This document shows, one piece after another, positions 18,343 through 28,059 of a DNA stretch of 64,000 nucleotides. How positions within the stretch are numbered: position 1 is the first letter of the stretch; the number at the start of each line of letters is the position of its first letter. Under the pieces are notes generated by a model, which was given only the letters and a program-made list of their open reading frames with translations, made no database searches and was not told where the DNA came from. Origin of the DNA: Thermotogota bacterium (lineage in GTDB: Bacteria; Hydrothermota; Hydrothermia; LBFQ01); contig JAADCS010000139.1 in assembly GCA_013154295.1 (NCBI GenBank), positions 7,107 through 71,106 of the forward strand. Direction: 5' to 3'. The translations under genes and the position numbers were made by a program.

Positions 18343-19434
18343 CTATCTATGCATCTTGAGAATGAGAGGAATAGCTATAAGGAGAAACAGCAAGTTGGGG
18401 ATAGCGGCCGCCACCCACGGATCCAACTTTCCCGTTTCACCCAAGGCCCTTGCAGATTGCAAAGCCCCCCAATAGAAGAAAGCTAAAAACAAGGAAGATC
18501 CAAAGGAGAAAGCTCTGTTCCCCCCACGTGTTCCAGAAAACACCGCCAGTGGCAACCCTATAAGAAGGATTATAAAGTTCATGAGAGGGAAGAGAAACCT
18601 TATGGCCAATTCCGTACGTTCCTCGGCGCTCGGAAGACCGGCCCTATGAAGAAAATCTATCCGATTGAGTAGCTCCGGTGTGGTCATCAGAGAATCTCCC
18701 AGAGGCTTCAAGAACTGTTCAGGAGTCTCCTTCATAAGAGTATCCACATAACTGGCGTGCTTTTTGAAAACCTCCTCATCCCCTTTGAACGTGCGCCTTA
18801 TTACTCCCTCCAAAACCCATTTCCCCTCTTCATATTTACCCGCCACAGCGTCTATCCTCTCTTTTATGTGACGCTCCTTATCAAAAGAGAATATAGAAAT
18901 TCCCTGTGCCCGCCTCTCTTTGGCGTTTATGTATGTAAAGAAATAGAGACGATTCCCTTCACCGAAGAAGGAGAGGTTACGGGCAAAAGTGCGACTCGGG
19001 AGTTTCCTCCTCTTTTCTATCTCTACCGCTTTTATCTCCGCCGCCTTCAAGCGACCCTTGGGGACGAGTTCCCAGTTTAGGAAGATACCTATACCAACGT
19101 TGATCACACCCACGATCAGTATAGGGAGAAACACTCGCCAAATATCTATACCAGAAGCCTTCAGGGCGAGTATCTCAAGCCGGCGATTCATCTCACCAAC
19201 GGAGAAGAAACAGGCTAAAAGCTCGGCTATGGGCATAAGGATACTTAAAAGATAAGGCAACATCCAAGCGTAATAACGGAGTATAGCTTTAGGGGAAGGT
19301 TTGTGATCCGCTATTTTATCGGTCATCTCGAAAAAGTTCACCACCACAAAAATGGCCACGACACCGGCTACTAACACCAAAAAAACCTTTAGATATTCCC
19401 TAAGGACATACCTATCTATTTTGGTCGGTATCAA
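18343..19434 (-). CDS. LptF/LptG-family (YjgP/YjgQ) LPS export permease
   Basis: KIDRYVLREYLKVFLVLVAGVVAIFVV N-terminus, 6-TM topology with a central periplasmic beta-jellyroll-sized insert. Confidence 0.8.
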   Translation of the reverse strand: MIPTKIDRYVLREYLKVFLVLVAGVVAIFVVVNFFEMTDKIADHKPSPKAILRYYAWMLPYLLSILMPIAELLACFFSVGEMNRRLEILALKASGIDIWRVFLPILIVGVINVGIGIFLNWELVPKGRLKAAEIKAVEIEKRRKLPSRTFARNLSFFGEGNRLYFFTYINAKERRAQGISIFSFDKERHIKERIDAVAGKYEEGKWVLEGVIRRTFKGDEEVFKKHASYVDTLMKETPEQFLKPLGDSLMTTPELLNRIDFLHRAGLPSAEERTELAIRFLFPLMNFIILLIGLPLAVFSGTRGGNRAFSFGSSLFLAFFYWGALQSARALGETGKLDPWVAAAIPNLLFLLIAIPLILKMHR

Positions 19435-19733
19435 CTCCTCCTTCTCTCACGCTTAAGTTTTTCTTTCTCTCGTTTGACCTCTCTAAGGAGTATATCTTTC
19501 AATTCGTCTATAACCGACATGGGATCACGGTTGCGGGCTTCAACGCGGATGGTTTTGCCCTTGAGCTTAGCTATCGCCGTGCCTACGTATTGTCCCCTCT
19601 CCTCTTGCAGATGCACATCCACGTGCATCACCAGATCCGAAAATTTCTCCAAAGACCTAAAGCGTTTGTTCACGTAGTTCTCCAACGTATCGGTATTCGG
19701 GAAGTTCCTAACTTGCAGATTGATCGGTATCAT
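19431..19733 (-). CDS. hpf: ribosome hibernation promoting factor (short HPF/RaiA)
   Basis: 100 aa. INLQVRNFPNTDTLENYVNKRFRSLEKF...VDVHL is the sigma-54-modulation/HPF fold pattern. Confidence 0.85.
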   Translation of the reverse strand: MIPINLQVRNFPNTDTLENYVNKRFRSLEKFSDLVMHVDVHLQEERGQYVGTAIAKLKGKTIRVEARNRDPMSVIDELKDILLREVKREKEKLKRERRRS

Positions 19734-19869
19734 AAGAGTGATATTCTACGGTAGATGCTAGGAGCTTGCCGAACTGGATTTCCATGGTCAGAATTATGGG
19801 AGACCGTGACCATCCGCTCACCATTAGAACCATCCTTTGGAGGAACGGAAGAGCGGCGGTATATGAATT

Positions 19870-19907
19870 GGTTTCACTGTGAGGGTATTCAACCTCCAAG
19901 TGAAACC
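19870..19907 (-). repeat. 38-nt palindromic GTTTC...GAAAC repeat, copy A
   Basis: GGTTTCACTGTGAGGGTATTCAACCTCCAAGTGAAACC. Its reverse complement is 34/38 identical to copy C1 (60910..60947). 9-bp terminal inverted repeat GGTTTCACT/AGTGAAACC. Confidence 0.85.
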
Positions 19908-20133
19908 ATCTATCGGAGTGATGCTTGCCTCTTCGCATCACAATTTCAATGATACGTGGCTAATATGGTTATATACACAAATTATGGGAATTCTGGCAAA
20001 ATTAAGCCGATAACCGCATAAATTCTCAAAAACGGCAATATTTTACCAAAATTTTTCAACCAAGATTACCACATGTATGATAGTGAATGGAGAACCATGG
20101 GTGTCAGAAGGGTAGAAAAGATAGCGTAAGTGT

Positions 20134-21117
20134 TTATACTGCAAAACCTTCAAGAAAATTCAGAAGGTATACAAAATCGTCCGGAAGTGGTGCCACAAAC
20201 TCAAACCTTTTACCACTTCTGGGATGACGTAGTTTTAACTTCCAAGCATGGAGAGCCTGACGATCTATAAGGGATAGGATTTTCTCAACGGGAGCCACTT
20301 TACCTTTAAGGACCCTAGTTATGCTACCTAAATCCCTTCCTGAATATACCGGATCTCCAACAACCGGATGTCCCAGATACTCCATGTGTACCCTTATCTG
20401 GTGCGTTCTTCCTGTACGCAGAGAGACTTCCAGGAGAGTGGCAAAGCCGAATCTCTTGAGAGGCCGGTAGTCGGTTGTAGAGGGCTTGGCGTTTATCACG
20501 GTGATAGCCATCCTCTCCCTGTAAATGGGATGTCGTCCTATCGGAGCCTCCACGGTGCCCGACCTCTCCACATCACCCCATACCACCGTTAGATATATTC
20601 TCTTGGCCTCTTTGGCAGCTATCTGGCGGGCTAACTCTCTAACGGCCAACTCCGACTTACCTATCACCATGACACCTGACGTATCTTTGTCAAGACGATG
20701 CACTATGCCCGGTCTTCGACGTTCGGCTCCGGGCGCATTTAGAAGTTTATGATAGAGAAAATTTACGACCGTACCGGTGAAATGACCCTTGGCGGGATGG
20801 ACCACCATACCGGGGGGCTTGTTTATCACTACCATGTCCCCATCCTCGTAGAGTATTTCCAGCTCACCCTCCTGGGGAACTATCTCGGTGGGAGTTTCCA
20901 TAATTTCGAATTCCGCTTCCACATAATCGCCTGCCTTCACTTTGTAGCTGGCCCTTACCTTACGACCGTTGACCAAAACCTTTCCCTCCTTTATAGCTCG
21001 TTGTATCTGGGTTCGGGAAAAGCCGGTTCCGCTGACGAATATGTAGGTATCCAATCTCAAACCGGCACTCTTCGGGGTAACGCGCCGTTTGAAAAGACGA
21101 ACTTTTCTTTCACCCAA
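20134..21117 (-). CDS. rluD: RluA-family 23S rRNA pseudouridine synthase (RluD-like)
   Basis: N-terminal S4 domain and catalytic HRLDKDTSGVMV. TTG start preceded by AAGGAGAG. Confidence 0.85.
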   Translation of the reverse strand: MGERKVRLFKRRVTPKSAGLRLDTYIFVSGTGFSRTQIQRAIKEGKVLVNGRKVRASYKVKAGDYVEAEFEIMETPTEIVPQEGELEILYEDGDMVVINKPPGMVVHPAKGHFTGTVVNFLYHKLLNAPGAERRRPGIVHRLDKDTSGVMVIGKSELAVRELARQIAAKEAKRIYLTVVWGDVERSGTVEAPIGRHPIYRERMAITVINAKPSTTDYRPLKRFGFATLLEVSLRTGRTHQIRVHMEYLGHPVVGDPVYSGRDLGSITRVLKGKVAPVEKILSLIDRQALHAWKLKLRHPRSGKRFEFVAPLPDDFVYLLNFLEGFAV

Positions 21118-21185
21118 CGCTAACTCTCTCCTTTTAAGCGGTACGTGATCGCCATTTCACCCACACAATACGGATTCTAAGGCAG

Positions 21186-22265
21186 TTATCTTACGTATTT
21201 CGCTTCCACACTCCGACCCTCGTGCCGGATTATACGCAGTTCTTTTACCCGTCTCAGATCCGATAGGACGGACTCTGGACTTCCTTTAACCATGATCTCA
21301 AGTATCAGATAGTTTCCCTCAACTCCTCGTTCCCTTAGTGCCTTCAGACCACGGATCCCACGGTATAAACTCTCCTTCAGGGATTGAACCTTGGAAGGAG
21401 GTACTCCCAAAACCTTCAGATGTACTACCACCAGTCCCTCACGCCAACGATCTATGAGGGCATCCGTCAGTTTCTCAACGGCCTCGGAGACGGCCCGTTT
21501 TTTGGTTTCCAGTTCATCGAAGGGCAGCTTACGACGTACAAAGGTGCTGGCCAGAACTTCACCGGTTGCCGTCTCAATTGCCCTCAATCTTAACCTGACC
21601 TCGTATACCCTCTTTCCCTCGTAGCTTTCCTCTTCAACCTGAGAGCTACCTACTATATAGACTTCGGCTCCGTTCCTAAGGGCTATCAAGCGTGCCAGCT
21701 TTTTATTGCCGGAGATAGCCAATCGCAATGAATCTTTGGAGATGTTCTTGGATAAGGTAGTGTAATCTACCACGGGGAATTTCATCTTCAGAAGTTCTTC
21801 CTCCACCATAGCGCGCATATCCTCATCTTCCATAAAGACAACTACGCGGGGCCTTCCCACCTGTTCTACGAGCAAACCCAAGGCCTCCAGATCGCGCTTT
21901 ATATCACCTAACTTAACTTTGGCCGAGAGCAAAACCCTGTAAAGTCCATCCTCGGCTTTCTCCCGTAGGATGCGATAGGAGAGGACGTATCCTTTTGACT
22001 TGGTGTATATCCTATCTTTCAGGACTTCGTAGTTTTCAACCACCGTCTCGGACGAAAGAAACACTCCCACACCTTGTTCTACAGCCTTACGCAGAGCATC
22101 CTCTATGGCCCTATCCCTCGCTATATCTTTGCGTCCTTTTTCGTAGGAGGCGACGCCCTCTACCATCACCTCCTTAACGGTGGAACTGTCGGCCAGAACG
22201 AGCGCGAGCAACAGCATAGATGTAATTTTAATCCCGAAGAGGTACCACGTGTGGTTTTTAAACAC
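21186..22265 (-). CDS. hypothetical exported protein
   Basis: 359 aa with an N-terminal hydrophobic segment (ITSMLLLALVLA). The N-terminal part loosely resembles LPP20/FlgT-like modules. Function not supported. Confidence 0.55.
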   Translation of the reverse strand: MFKNHTWYLFGIKITSMLLLALVLADSSTVKEVMVEGVASYEKGRKDIARDRAIEDALRKAVEQGVGVFLSSETVVENYEVLKDRIYTKSKGYVLSYRILREKAEDGLYRVLLSAKVKLGDIKRDLEALGLLVEQVGRPRVVVFMEDEDMRAMVEEELLKMKFPVVDYTTLSKNISKDSLRLAISGNKKLARLIALRNGAEVYIVGSSQVEEESYEGKRVYEVRLRLRAIETATGEVLASTFVRRKLPFDELETKKRAVSEAVEKLTDALIDRWREGLVVVHLKVLGVPPSKVQSLKESLYRGIRGLKALRERGVEGNYLILEIMVKGSPESVLSDLRRVKELRIIRHEGRSVEAKYVR

Positions 22266-22289
22266 ACACCTCCCTTAGAATGAACATCT

Positions 22290-23825
22290 ATGGGACGTTT
22301 GAGGATGGTGTTACTTTTGATAACAGCCTTCGTGTTGGGTATTTCCTTCGGTTATGGTCTGACTCTGTTTGCGCAGAACACCAAAGAGAAAAGTTCCTTA
22401 AACTTCAGCCAGATGACCGACGTTCTGATCTCCACCCTGAATACCATACGTAAGTACTACGTTGTGGAGGTTAAATCTACCAAACTTCTGGAAAACGCCG
22501 CCAAAGGTATGGTGCGGCTTTCTTTGGACGCCCACTCGGATCTTCTAACTCCGGAGGAAACCAAGAGACTCATGGAAAGTACGGAGGGATCCTACGAAGG
22601 TGTAGGTATGACCATCGGTGAGAGAGATGGCTTTGTGGTCGTTATATCACCCTTTGAGGGCACTCCAGCATGGAGGGCCGGTCTCAAGCCGGGTGATCGT
22701 ATAATCCGCATAAACGACACCTCTACCATCGGTTGGAAGGTGGATAAAGTTTCCAAACATTTGAGAGGGCCCAGGGGGACCAAGGTGAAGGTGACGGTCT
22801 ATCGTCCGGCCATAAATGATACCTTAACTTTTATTATAACCCGTGACCGTATAGTTTTAAAGGCGGTTCCTTTTTATGGAATGTTCGACGGTGTGGGCTA
22901 CGTAAAACTGAACTCCTTCCAGGAGGATGCGGCCGATAAAGTACATGAGGCCCTTTTAAAGCTTAAAAAAGAAGGAGCCAAATCCGTAGTGCTTGACCTT
23001 AGGGGTAACCCTGGGGGACTTTTGAGACAGGCGTTTTTGATAGGAGGTTTCTTTTTAGGTGAGGGGAAGTTGGTGGTATATACCGAGGGCAGGATACCGG
23101 ACAGTAAGGAAAGATTCTACAGTGAGGGAGATATGGTCTTCCCAGAAGATGTTCCAGTGATAGTCCTTATAGACAGGGGGTCGGCAAGTGCCTCCGAAAT
23201 AGTTTCCGGCGCCCTTCAGGACTGGGACAGGGCTTTGATAGTGGGAGATACCAGCTTCGGTAAAGGTACCGTTCAGAGGATCTTTGCTCTCCCCCACGAC
23301 TATACCCTACGTCTCACCGTGGCCCGGTACCATACACCGTCGGGTCGCTCCATTCACAAGGGTAAGTTAGGGGACATTGAAAAGGATACCAACACTTACT
23401 TCACCAAGATTCTCAAAAGACCTATAAAGGGTGGAGGTGGTATAGCGCCGGATGTGTACATAAAGCCTCACATATTGCCACGGCTCGTTCAAAAGGCCGA
23501 GGCTAAAGGGATTATCTCCAACTGGGCCACCAAATATACGAGCGCACATCGCAAACCTAAAGATCCTGAAGGTATAAAACTCACCGATGCCGACCTTGAG
23601 GACTTTAAAAAAGAGCTGCGCAAAGCTAAAATAGAGTTCTCAGACTGCCGTTTTGAGGAGGCTAAGGAGGACTTCCGTAAGCTTCTGCTCACGGAGATAG
23701 CATACCAGTACTTCGGCGAGAAGGGTAGGTATCGCATACTTCTTAGGTACGACCCCGCTTTCAAAAAGTCGTTGGACATACTGAAGAAGGCGAAGAGAAC
23801 GGAGGATTTGTTCAAGTTGAAGTGA
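22290..23825 (+). CDS. ctpA: S41-family carboxyl-terminal processing peptidase
   Basis: PDZ domain (GFVVVISPFEGTPAWRAGLKPGDRIIRIND), DLRGNPGGLL, IVLIDRGSASASEIVSGALQD, GDTSFGKG. Confidence 0.9.
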   Translation: MGRLRMVLLLITAFVLGISFGYGLTLFAQNTKEKSSLNFSQMTDVLISTLNTIRKYYVVEVKSTKLLENAAKGMVRLSLDAHSDLLTPEETKRLMESTEGSYEGVGMTIGERDGFVVVISPFEGTPAWRAGLKPGDRIIRINDTSTIGWKVDKVSKHLRGPRGTKVKVTVYRPAINDTLTFIITRDRIVLKAVPFYGMFDGVGYVKLNSFQEDAADKVHEALLKLKKEGAKSVVLDLRGNPGGLLRQAFLIGGFFLGEGKLVVYTEGRIPDSKERFYSEGDMVFPEDVPVIVLIDRGSASASEIVSGALQDWDRALIVGDTSFGKGTVQRIFALPHDYTLRLTVARYHTPSGRSIHKGKLGDIEKDTNTYFTKILKRPIKGGGGIAPDVYIKPHILPRLVQKAEAKGIISNWATKYTSAHRKPKDPEGIKLTDADLEDFKKELRKAKIEFSDCRFEEAKEDFRKLLLTEIAYQYFGEKGRYRILLRYDPAFKKSLDILKKAKRTEDLFKLK

Positions 23826-23845
23826 GACGACCGTAAAATTTGAAG

Positions 23846-25276
23846 ATGTTGTTTCTCTTGGGTTGGGTTGTGCGCATAGATGGTGGGAGTGATGACAGAT
23901 GTTACGGGGTTCTTCTGGCCCCCGATGGCAACCCCGTCGTCTTTGGCAACTACGCCAATTCTGTCTATGCAGCGAAACTCTTAGCGTCCGATGGTGCGTT
24001 CTCGTGGCAATATATCTTCGCTTTTCCCGGTGATGGTAGATCCAATGCCAAAGCTGGCTTCTGGGATCCCACCGATTCATCGCTGGTGCTGGGTGGCACC
24101 GCCTATCCCTATTCCGGTGACGATCAGGCCTGTGGTTTTGTGGCCAAGATCCGCGGCGGCACCACCCTTTGGATGTATGTAGATTCCGCCGATGGATGCA
24201 GCCGGCGAGAGGGATTTTCAGGTGTAACACGTGGATCTGACGGTCAATACTACGCCTATGGCACGGATTACGAAACCTACAGCGCGGATTTCTTCACACC
24301 AAGCCGACGTTTCGTACTCAAGTTAGATAGAAATACCGGTTTAAAACTGTGGAGATACCAACCCGGTGGTTATTCCTATACAGCCGCCGCATCCTCCGAT
24401 GACGGAGTCGTGGCCGTAGGCTTCGGTGCTGAAGGGGAAGCTCAAAAGGTGGGGTTGGATGGGGGAGAGATCTGGACTATAACTCCTCGTGACGCTAAGT
24501 TTTGGAATGTGGCCGTGGCCTCCACGGGACATCCGGTGGTTGTGGGACGACGCGATGGAGATTTCTACGTAGCTCAACTTCAACGGGAGAGCGGAGGGAT
24601 CCGATGGGAAAGGTACTTTAACGGATCGGCTAACGATGATGAGAGCGCCCTACGTGTTATAGCGGTTGGAGAACACATCTACGCAGCAGGCTATCTGGAT
24701 AACGGTATAAACGACCTGGACGGATTTTTGGTGAAGTTAGATACGTTAGGGAACATCCTATGGAGTTTCACTTATAACTCACCGTACAACTACGAAGACA
24801 GCTTAAGCTCCCTGGCCTTCGGTGATGGGACTTTGGTTGTGGGAGGCTCCTCTAAAGGATGGGGAACAGGTTGGGACATACTGCTCTTCCTGGCGGATAC
24901 CTCCTCCGGTGACACTCTATGGAGTTACAGATACGATTCCCCGTATGCTCTGGACGATTTTTTGGCGGGGATGGCGATTGGGAACGGGAAGATCTTCCTT
25001 TGTGGGACCTCCTACTCATCCCCAACTAACCGGGATATAGTGGTTGTGGGTATGGACCTCCCGACGTTAGTCAACGAGAACTCACGTCACGTTCCCTTCT
25101 TTGAAGTTAGAGGAAATAGGGTTATGGTAGAATTCACAGGTAGGGTTGAAGTTTTTGATCCATCCGGACGATCGTTTTGGAGAGGAGTTTCGAACGGCCG
25201 TTTGGAGTTAAAACTCCGTCGTGGAGTGTGGTTCATCAGGATTGAGGGAAGAACCTATAAGCTCCTTATACGGTAG
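23846..25276 (+). CDS. beta-propeller repeat (SBBP/PQQ-like) protein with T9SS-type CTD
   Basis: Repeated ...LW.Y/ILWSF... blades with D/G-rich loops. C-terminal VEVFDPSGRSFW...GVWFIRIEGRTYKLLIR. ATG 23846 lies 6 nt after TAAAAT. The ORF track starts at TTG 23840. Confidence 0.65.
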   Translation: MLFLLGWVVRIDGGSDDRCYGVLLAPDGNPVVFGNYANSVYAAKLLASDGAFSWQYIFAFPGDGRSNAKAGFWDPTDSSLVLGGTAYPYSGDDQACGFVAKIRGGTTLWMYVDSADGCSRREGFSGVTRGSDGQYYAYGTDYETYSADFFTPSRRFVLKLDRNTGLKLWRYQPGGYSYTAAASSDDGVVAVGFGAEGEAQKVGLDGGEIWTITPRDAKFWNVAVASTGHPVVVGRRDGDFYVAQLQRESGGIRWERYFNGSANDDESALRVIAVGEHIYAAGYLDNGINDLDGFLVKLDTLGNILWSFTYNSPYNYEDSLSSLAFGDGTLVVGGSSKGWGTGWDILLFLADTSSGDTLWSYRYDSPYALDDFLAGMAIGNGKIFLCGTSYSSPTNRDIVVVGMDLPTLVNENSRHVPFFEVRGNRVMVEFTGRVEVFDPSGRSFWRGVSNGRLELKLRRGVWFIRIEGRTYKLLIR

Positions 25277-25859
25277 TTTCGGTGGGGATTTTGAAGGGTC
25301 TCCCTATTCCTAAGGGTCGGTGAGAGGTCACTATGATAGTACGCCCTTTCCTATGGAGTTCCAGCAGGCTACTTTTCAGCTTCCGGGTTGTTTCCTCATC
25401 GAGGTGTGAAAAAGGTTCATCAAGGGCCAAAACCGGCGCAGCGGACGAAAGGATCCTCACTAACTGTACCTTTCTGTTCTGCCCCGACGATAGGGATTTG
25501 AGGGGACGATCCAAGAGGGCGTTTATGTTGTAGTAGCGTGCCCACTCGCCCCATACCGAAGTTAGGGATAACGATAGGTATCTCCTTACAGTTATGTCCC
25601 CCCTAAGGATCTCCGCAAACATCACCGAGACGTATCGGACCCGCTCTATCGGTTTAAGCATCAGGATGTTCCTATTGAAAACTTTTATTTCCCCTCGGAC
25701 ACTAACAGCTCCTACCAAGGCTTTCAGTATGGTCGTCTTGCCTACCCCGTTGTCACCGTACAGGTTGAGTATTTCACCCACATCTATACGCAGATTCAAA
25801 CCCTCTACCACAGGAGATGTGTAGCCCACGCTACACTTTACGAATTCCACCGCCTTCAT
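25266..25859 (-). CDS. ABC transporter ATP-binding protein (small, orphan)
   Basis: Walker A GDNGVGKTT, signature LSSGQNRKV, Walker B VLALDEPFSHLD, H-loop TSH. Only 197 aa, with no permease in the operon. Confidence 0.85.
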   Translation of the reverse strand: MKAVEFVKCSVGYTSPVVEGLNLRIDVGEILNLYGDNGVGKTTILKALVGAVSVRGEIKVFNRNILMLKPIERVRYVSVMFAEILRGDITVRRYLSLSLTSVWGEWARYYNINALLDRPLKSLSSGQNRKVQLVRILSSAAPVLALDEPFSHLDEETTRKLKSSLLELHRKGRTIIVTSHRPLGIGRPFKIPTETTV

Positions 25860-26986
25860 ATTTTCTTCCTTCTGTTGATCACGTCTACATAGTACTCGGC
25901 GACCTTTTTAGCTATCTTATCCCACGAATGTTCTTGAGCGGTCTTTAAGCCGCCCTCAATTAATCTTCTGCGGAGATCGGCATCCTTTAAAACCTTTATG
26001 ACCTTCGCGGCCAAGTCCTTTTCATCTCCCACCTTACATAGCAACCCGTTCTTACCATCATCTATAACCAAAGAGTAACCTTCGTTCTTGGCCGCTACTA
26101 CTGGCGTACCCGTGGCCATGGCTTCCAAAAGCACCAAACCGAAACTCTCTGACCCCGTTGCCGGAGAGATGAACACCTCCGAGGATCTGTAATAGCGGGG
26201 AAGCAGGCTGGCCGGAACCTTACCTACGAACAGTACTCTATCCTCAACCCCAGGTGGCACCATACCCTTGTACCACCCAAGGAGAGGTCCATCCCCAACG
26301 ACCACCAAACGGGCGTCGGGTATCTCCTTTAGGATGTGGGGTAAGGAGAGAATGGCATACTTTAAACCTTTCCTCGGCTCTGGACGACCTACGAATAGGA
26401 TGTTCCTGTAGCCCTTCAGTTCGGGTAAGGGTTCCAAGTCCGGTCTAAAACGGTTTAGATCAACACCGTTGGGTATTATCCGGTACTCAATATCAGGAAA
26501 GATATCCAAAATTGGTTTTATGGCAGCTTTTGAAACGGCGATACGGCCGTGTAGTTTGTTAAAGTAGTCACGTACGTACGGTTTAAAGAGTTTATAGAGG
26601 AACTTCTTTCTGTGAGCGGCGTGGAATGTGATAAAGTTGTAGCCAGTGGAAAACTTCAGGGAGACCATCGGAAGGATGGGGGCTACCTGACCGTGGATAT
26701 GCACTACATCGAACCTCATACGGTTCATAAGTCTCTTCACGTAAGAGTTTATACGAAACGACACGGCTACGGGAGCGATGGATCCATTGAAGAGAATCTT
26801 CACCGGAAAACCTACCCTAAAAACGTACGGAGGGTCCTCAAACTCCACTCCTCCCCTGAAGTTGGTGGTCAGAATATAGCTCTCCCATCCCAAGCGCCTT
26901 AGGTGCTTAGCAAGTTGATGTACATGTTCGGAGATCCCTCCCGGATACGGATAGTAAACGTCCGAAACCAAAAGAACTTTTTTCAT
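25856..26986 (-). CDS. GT4-family glycosyltransferase (PimA-like)
   Basis: YYPYPGGISEHV N-terminus. SESFGLVLLEAMATGTPVVA E-x7-E region. Confidence 0.85.
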   Translation of the reverse strand: MKKVLLVSDVYYPYPGGISEHVHQLAKHLRRLGWESYILTTNFRGGVEFEDPPYVFRVGFPVKILFNGSIAPVAVSFRINSYVKRLMNRMRFDVVHIHGQVAPILPMVSLKFSTGYNFITFHAAHRKKFLYKLFKPYVRDYFNKLHGRIAVSKAAIKPILDIFPDIEYRIIPNGVDLNRFRPDLEPLPELKGYRNILFVGRPEPRKGLKYAILSLPHILKEIPDARLVVVGDGPLLGWYKGMVPPGVEDRVLFVGKVPASLLPRYYRSSEVFISPATGSESFGLVLLEAMATGTPVVAAKNEGYSLVIDDGKNGLLCKVGDEKDLAAKVIKVLKDADLRRRLIEGGLKTAQEHSWDKIAKKVAEYYVDVINRRKKI

Positions 26987-28056
26987 GGTAGCACATCCCC
27001 TCGGAGTGATTCTAAGATCTTCCCGATCGTGGTTTCACGCAGACGATCGAACGCGGTGAAGAGCGTAAGCATCAAAGCGAAAGCGAATGTGAGACCGATC
27101 ACTATAGTTATGGTGGGTATGACCCTCTTAGGCCAAACCCTCTTCACGGGTCCGGAGGGAGCAAAAACTGGCTGTAACATAGGATTATTTTTGAGTTCCA
27201 TCAGCTTAGCCTTCTCGTACTCTTCGTAAAGCGTAGCATACACCTTACTCTTTATTTCCAGTTCCATCCTGTATCGACTAGCTCTGCGTATCGCCCGTGG
27301 TAGGGTTTGAAACTGCCGATCGATTTCCTTACGTAATATTTCAGCTTCTTGACGGGCACGGACTACATCGGGTACATCCTCAGAGAACATGCCACGGAGA
27401 ATGATATACTCGGTTTCCTTCTTTGCAGCCATCTCTAGAAGGCTGCTAAGAGCTGGTCCCAAGATCTCCTCTGGTGCCACGGCCAATATATGGCTTTCTC
27501 TCTCAAGGCTTTCTATACTGTCCTGTAGTATCTTTATCTCCTTTTCAACGGCGGCCAACCTTCTTTCCAAGAAACGGCGCATCTCTCTTCCTTTGACGTT
27601 GAGAGCCTCGTTGGCTTTCCTGTTTAAAAAGCTCACGTACCACAAGACAAGTTTTGAGGCCGTAGTACTATCGGGATCGTATCCTCTTATAACTATGCTA
27701 GCGCTTGGAAGTACTTCCATCTCTATCTTACTCTCAAGTAGTTTCACCTGTTTGTCTGGATTCTCGGTTTTGAGGATTGAGGAGAGGTTATACTCCCTTA
27801 CGAACTCCCTCTTGAAAGCATCCGATGAGGCCAAGTCTATGAAGATCTGAACCGGCGTGGCCATCAAACCTCTACTTAGTTGGAAAAACATTGTGGTAGG
27901 AGATTGAAGTTGAGAGGCCTCCTCTATGGACGGTACCAGAAGAACCTGGCGCATGTATATCTTCCTGACCAAAAAGGACATCACCCACATCCCCAAGATG
28001 GCGAAAAACAACACTCCGAAAAATATGCCACGTGTCTTCAAATATTTGTCATACAT
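26983..28056 (-). CDS. Wzz/GumC-like polysaccharide chain-length determinant (PCP) protein
   Basis: N-terminal TM, long coiled-coil periplasmic region, proline-rich segment (PVFAPSGPVKRVWPKR) followed by a C-terminal TM. This is the PCP topology. Confidence 0.5.
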   Translation of the reverse strand: MYDKYLKTRGIFFGVLFFAILGMWVMSFLVRKIYMRQVLLVPSIEEASQLQSPTTMFFQLSRGLMATPVQIFIDLASSDAFKREFVREYNLSSILKTENPDKQVKLLESKIEMEVLPSASIVIRGYDPDSTTASKLVLWYVSFLNRKANEALNVKGREMRRFLERRLAAVEKEIKILQDSIESLERESHILAVAPEEILGPALSSLLEMAAKKETEYIILRGMFSEDVPDVVRARQEAEILRKEIDRQFQTLPRAIRRASRYRMELEIKSKVYATLYEEYEKAKLMELKNNPMLQPVFAPSGPVKRVWPKRVIPTITIVIGLTFAFALMLTLFTAFDRLRETTIGKILESLRGDVLP

Positions 28057-28059
28057 GGG

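Noticed and set aside
19870-19907. Hammerhead or other self-cleaving ribozyme hidden in the GUGAAAC-containing hairpin
   Set aside because: No CUGAUGA core or three-way junction could be assembled around any of the four copies.
23640-24230. 196-aa minus-strand ORF (R/H-rich) spanning the ctpA end and the SBBP gene start
   Set aside because: Its low-complexity R/H/P composition is typical of an antisense reading of a G/D-rich gene. It overlaps two well-supported plus-strand genes.
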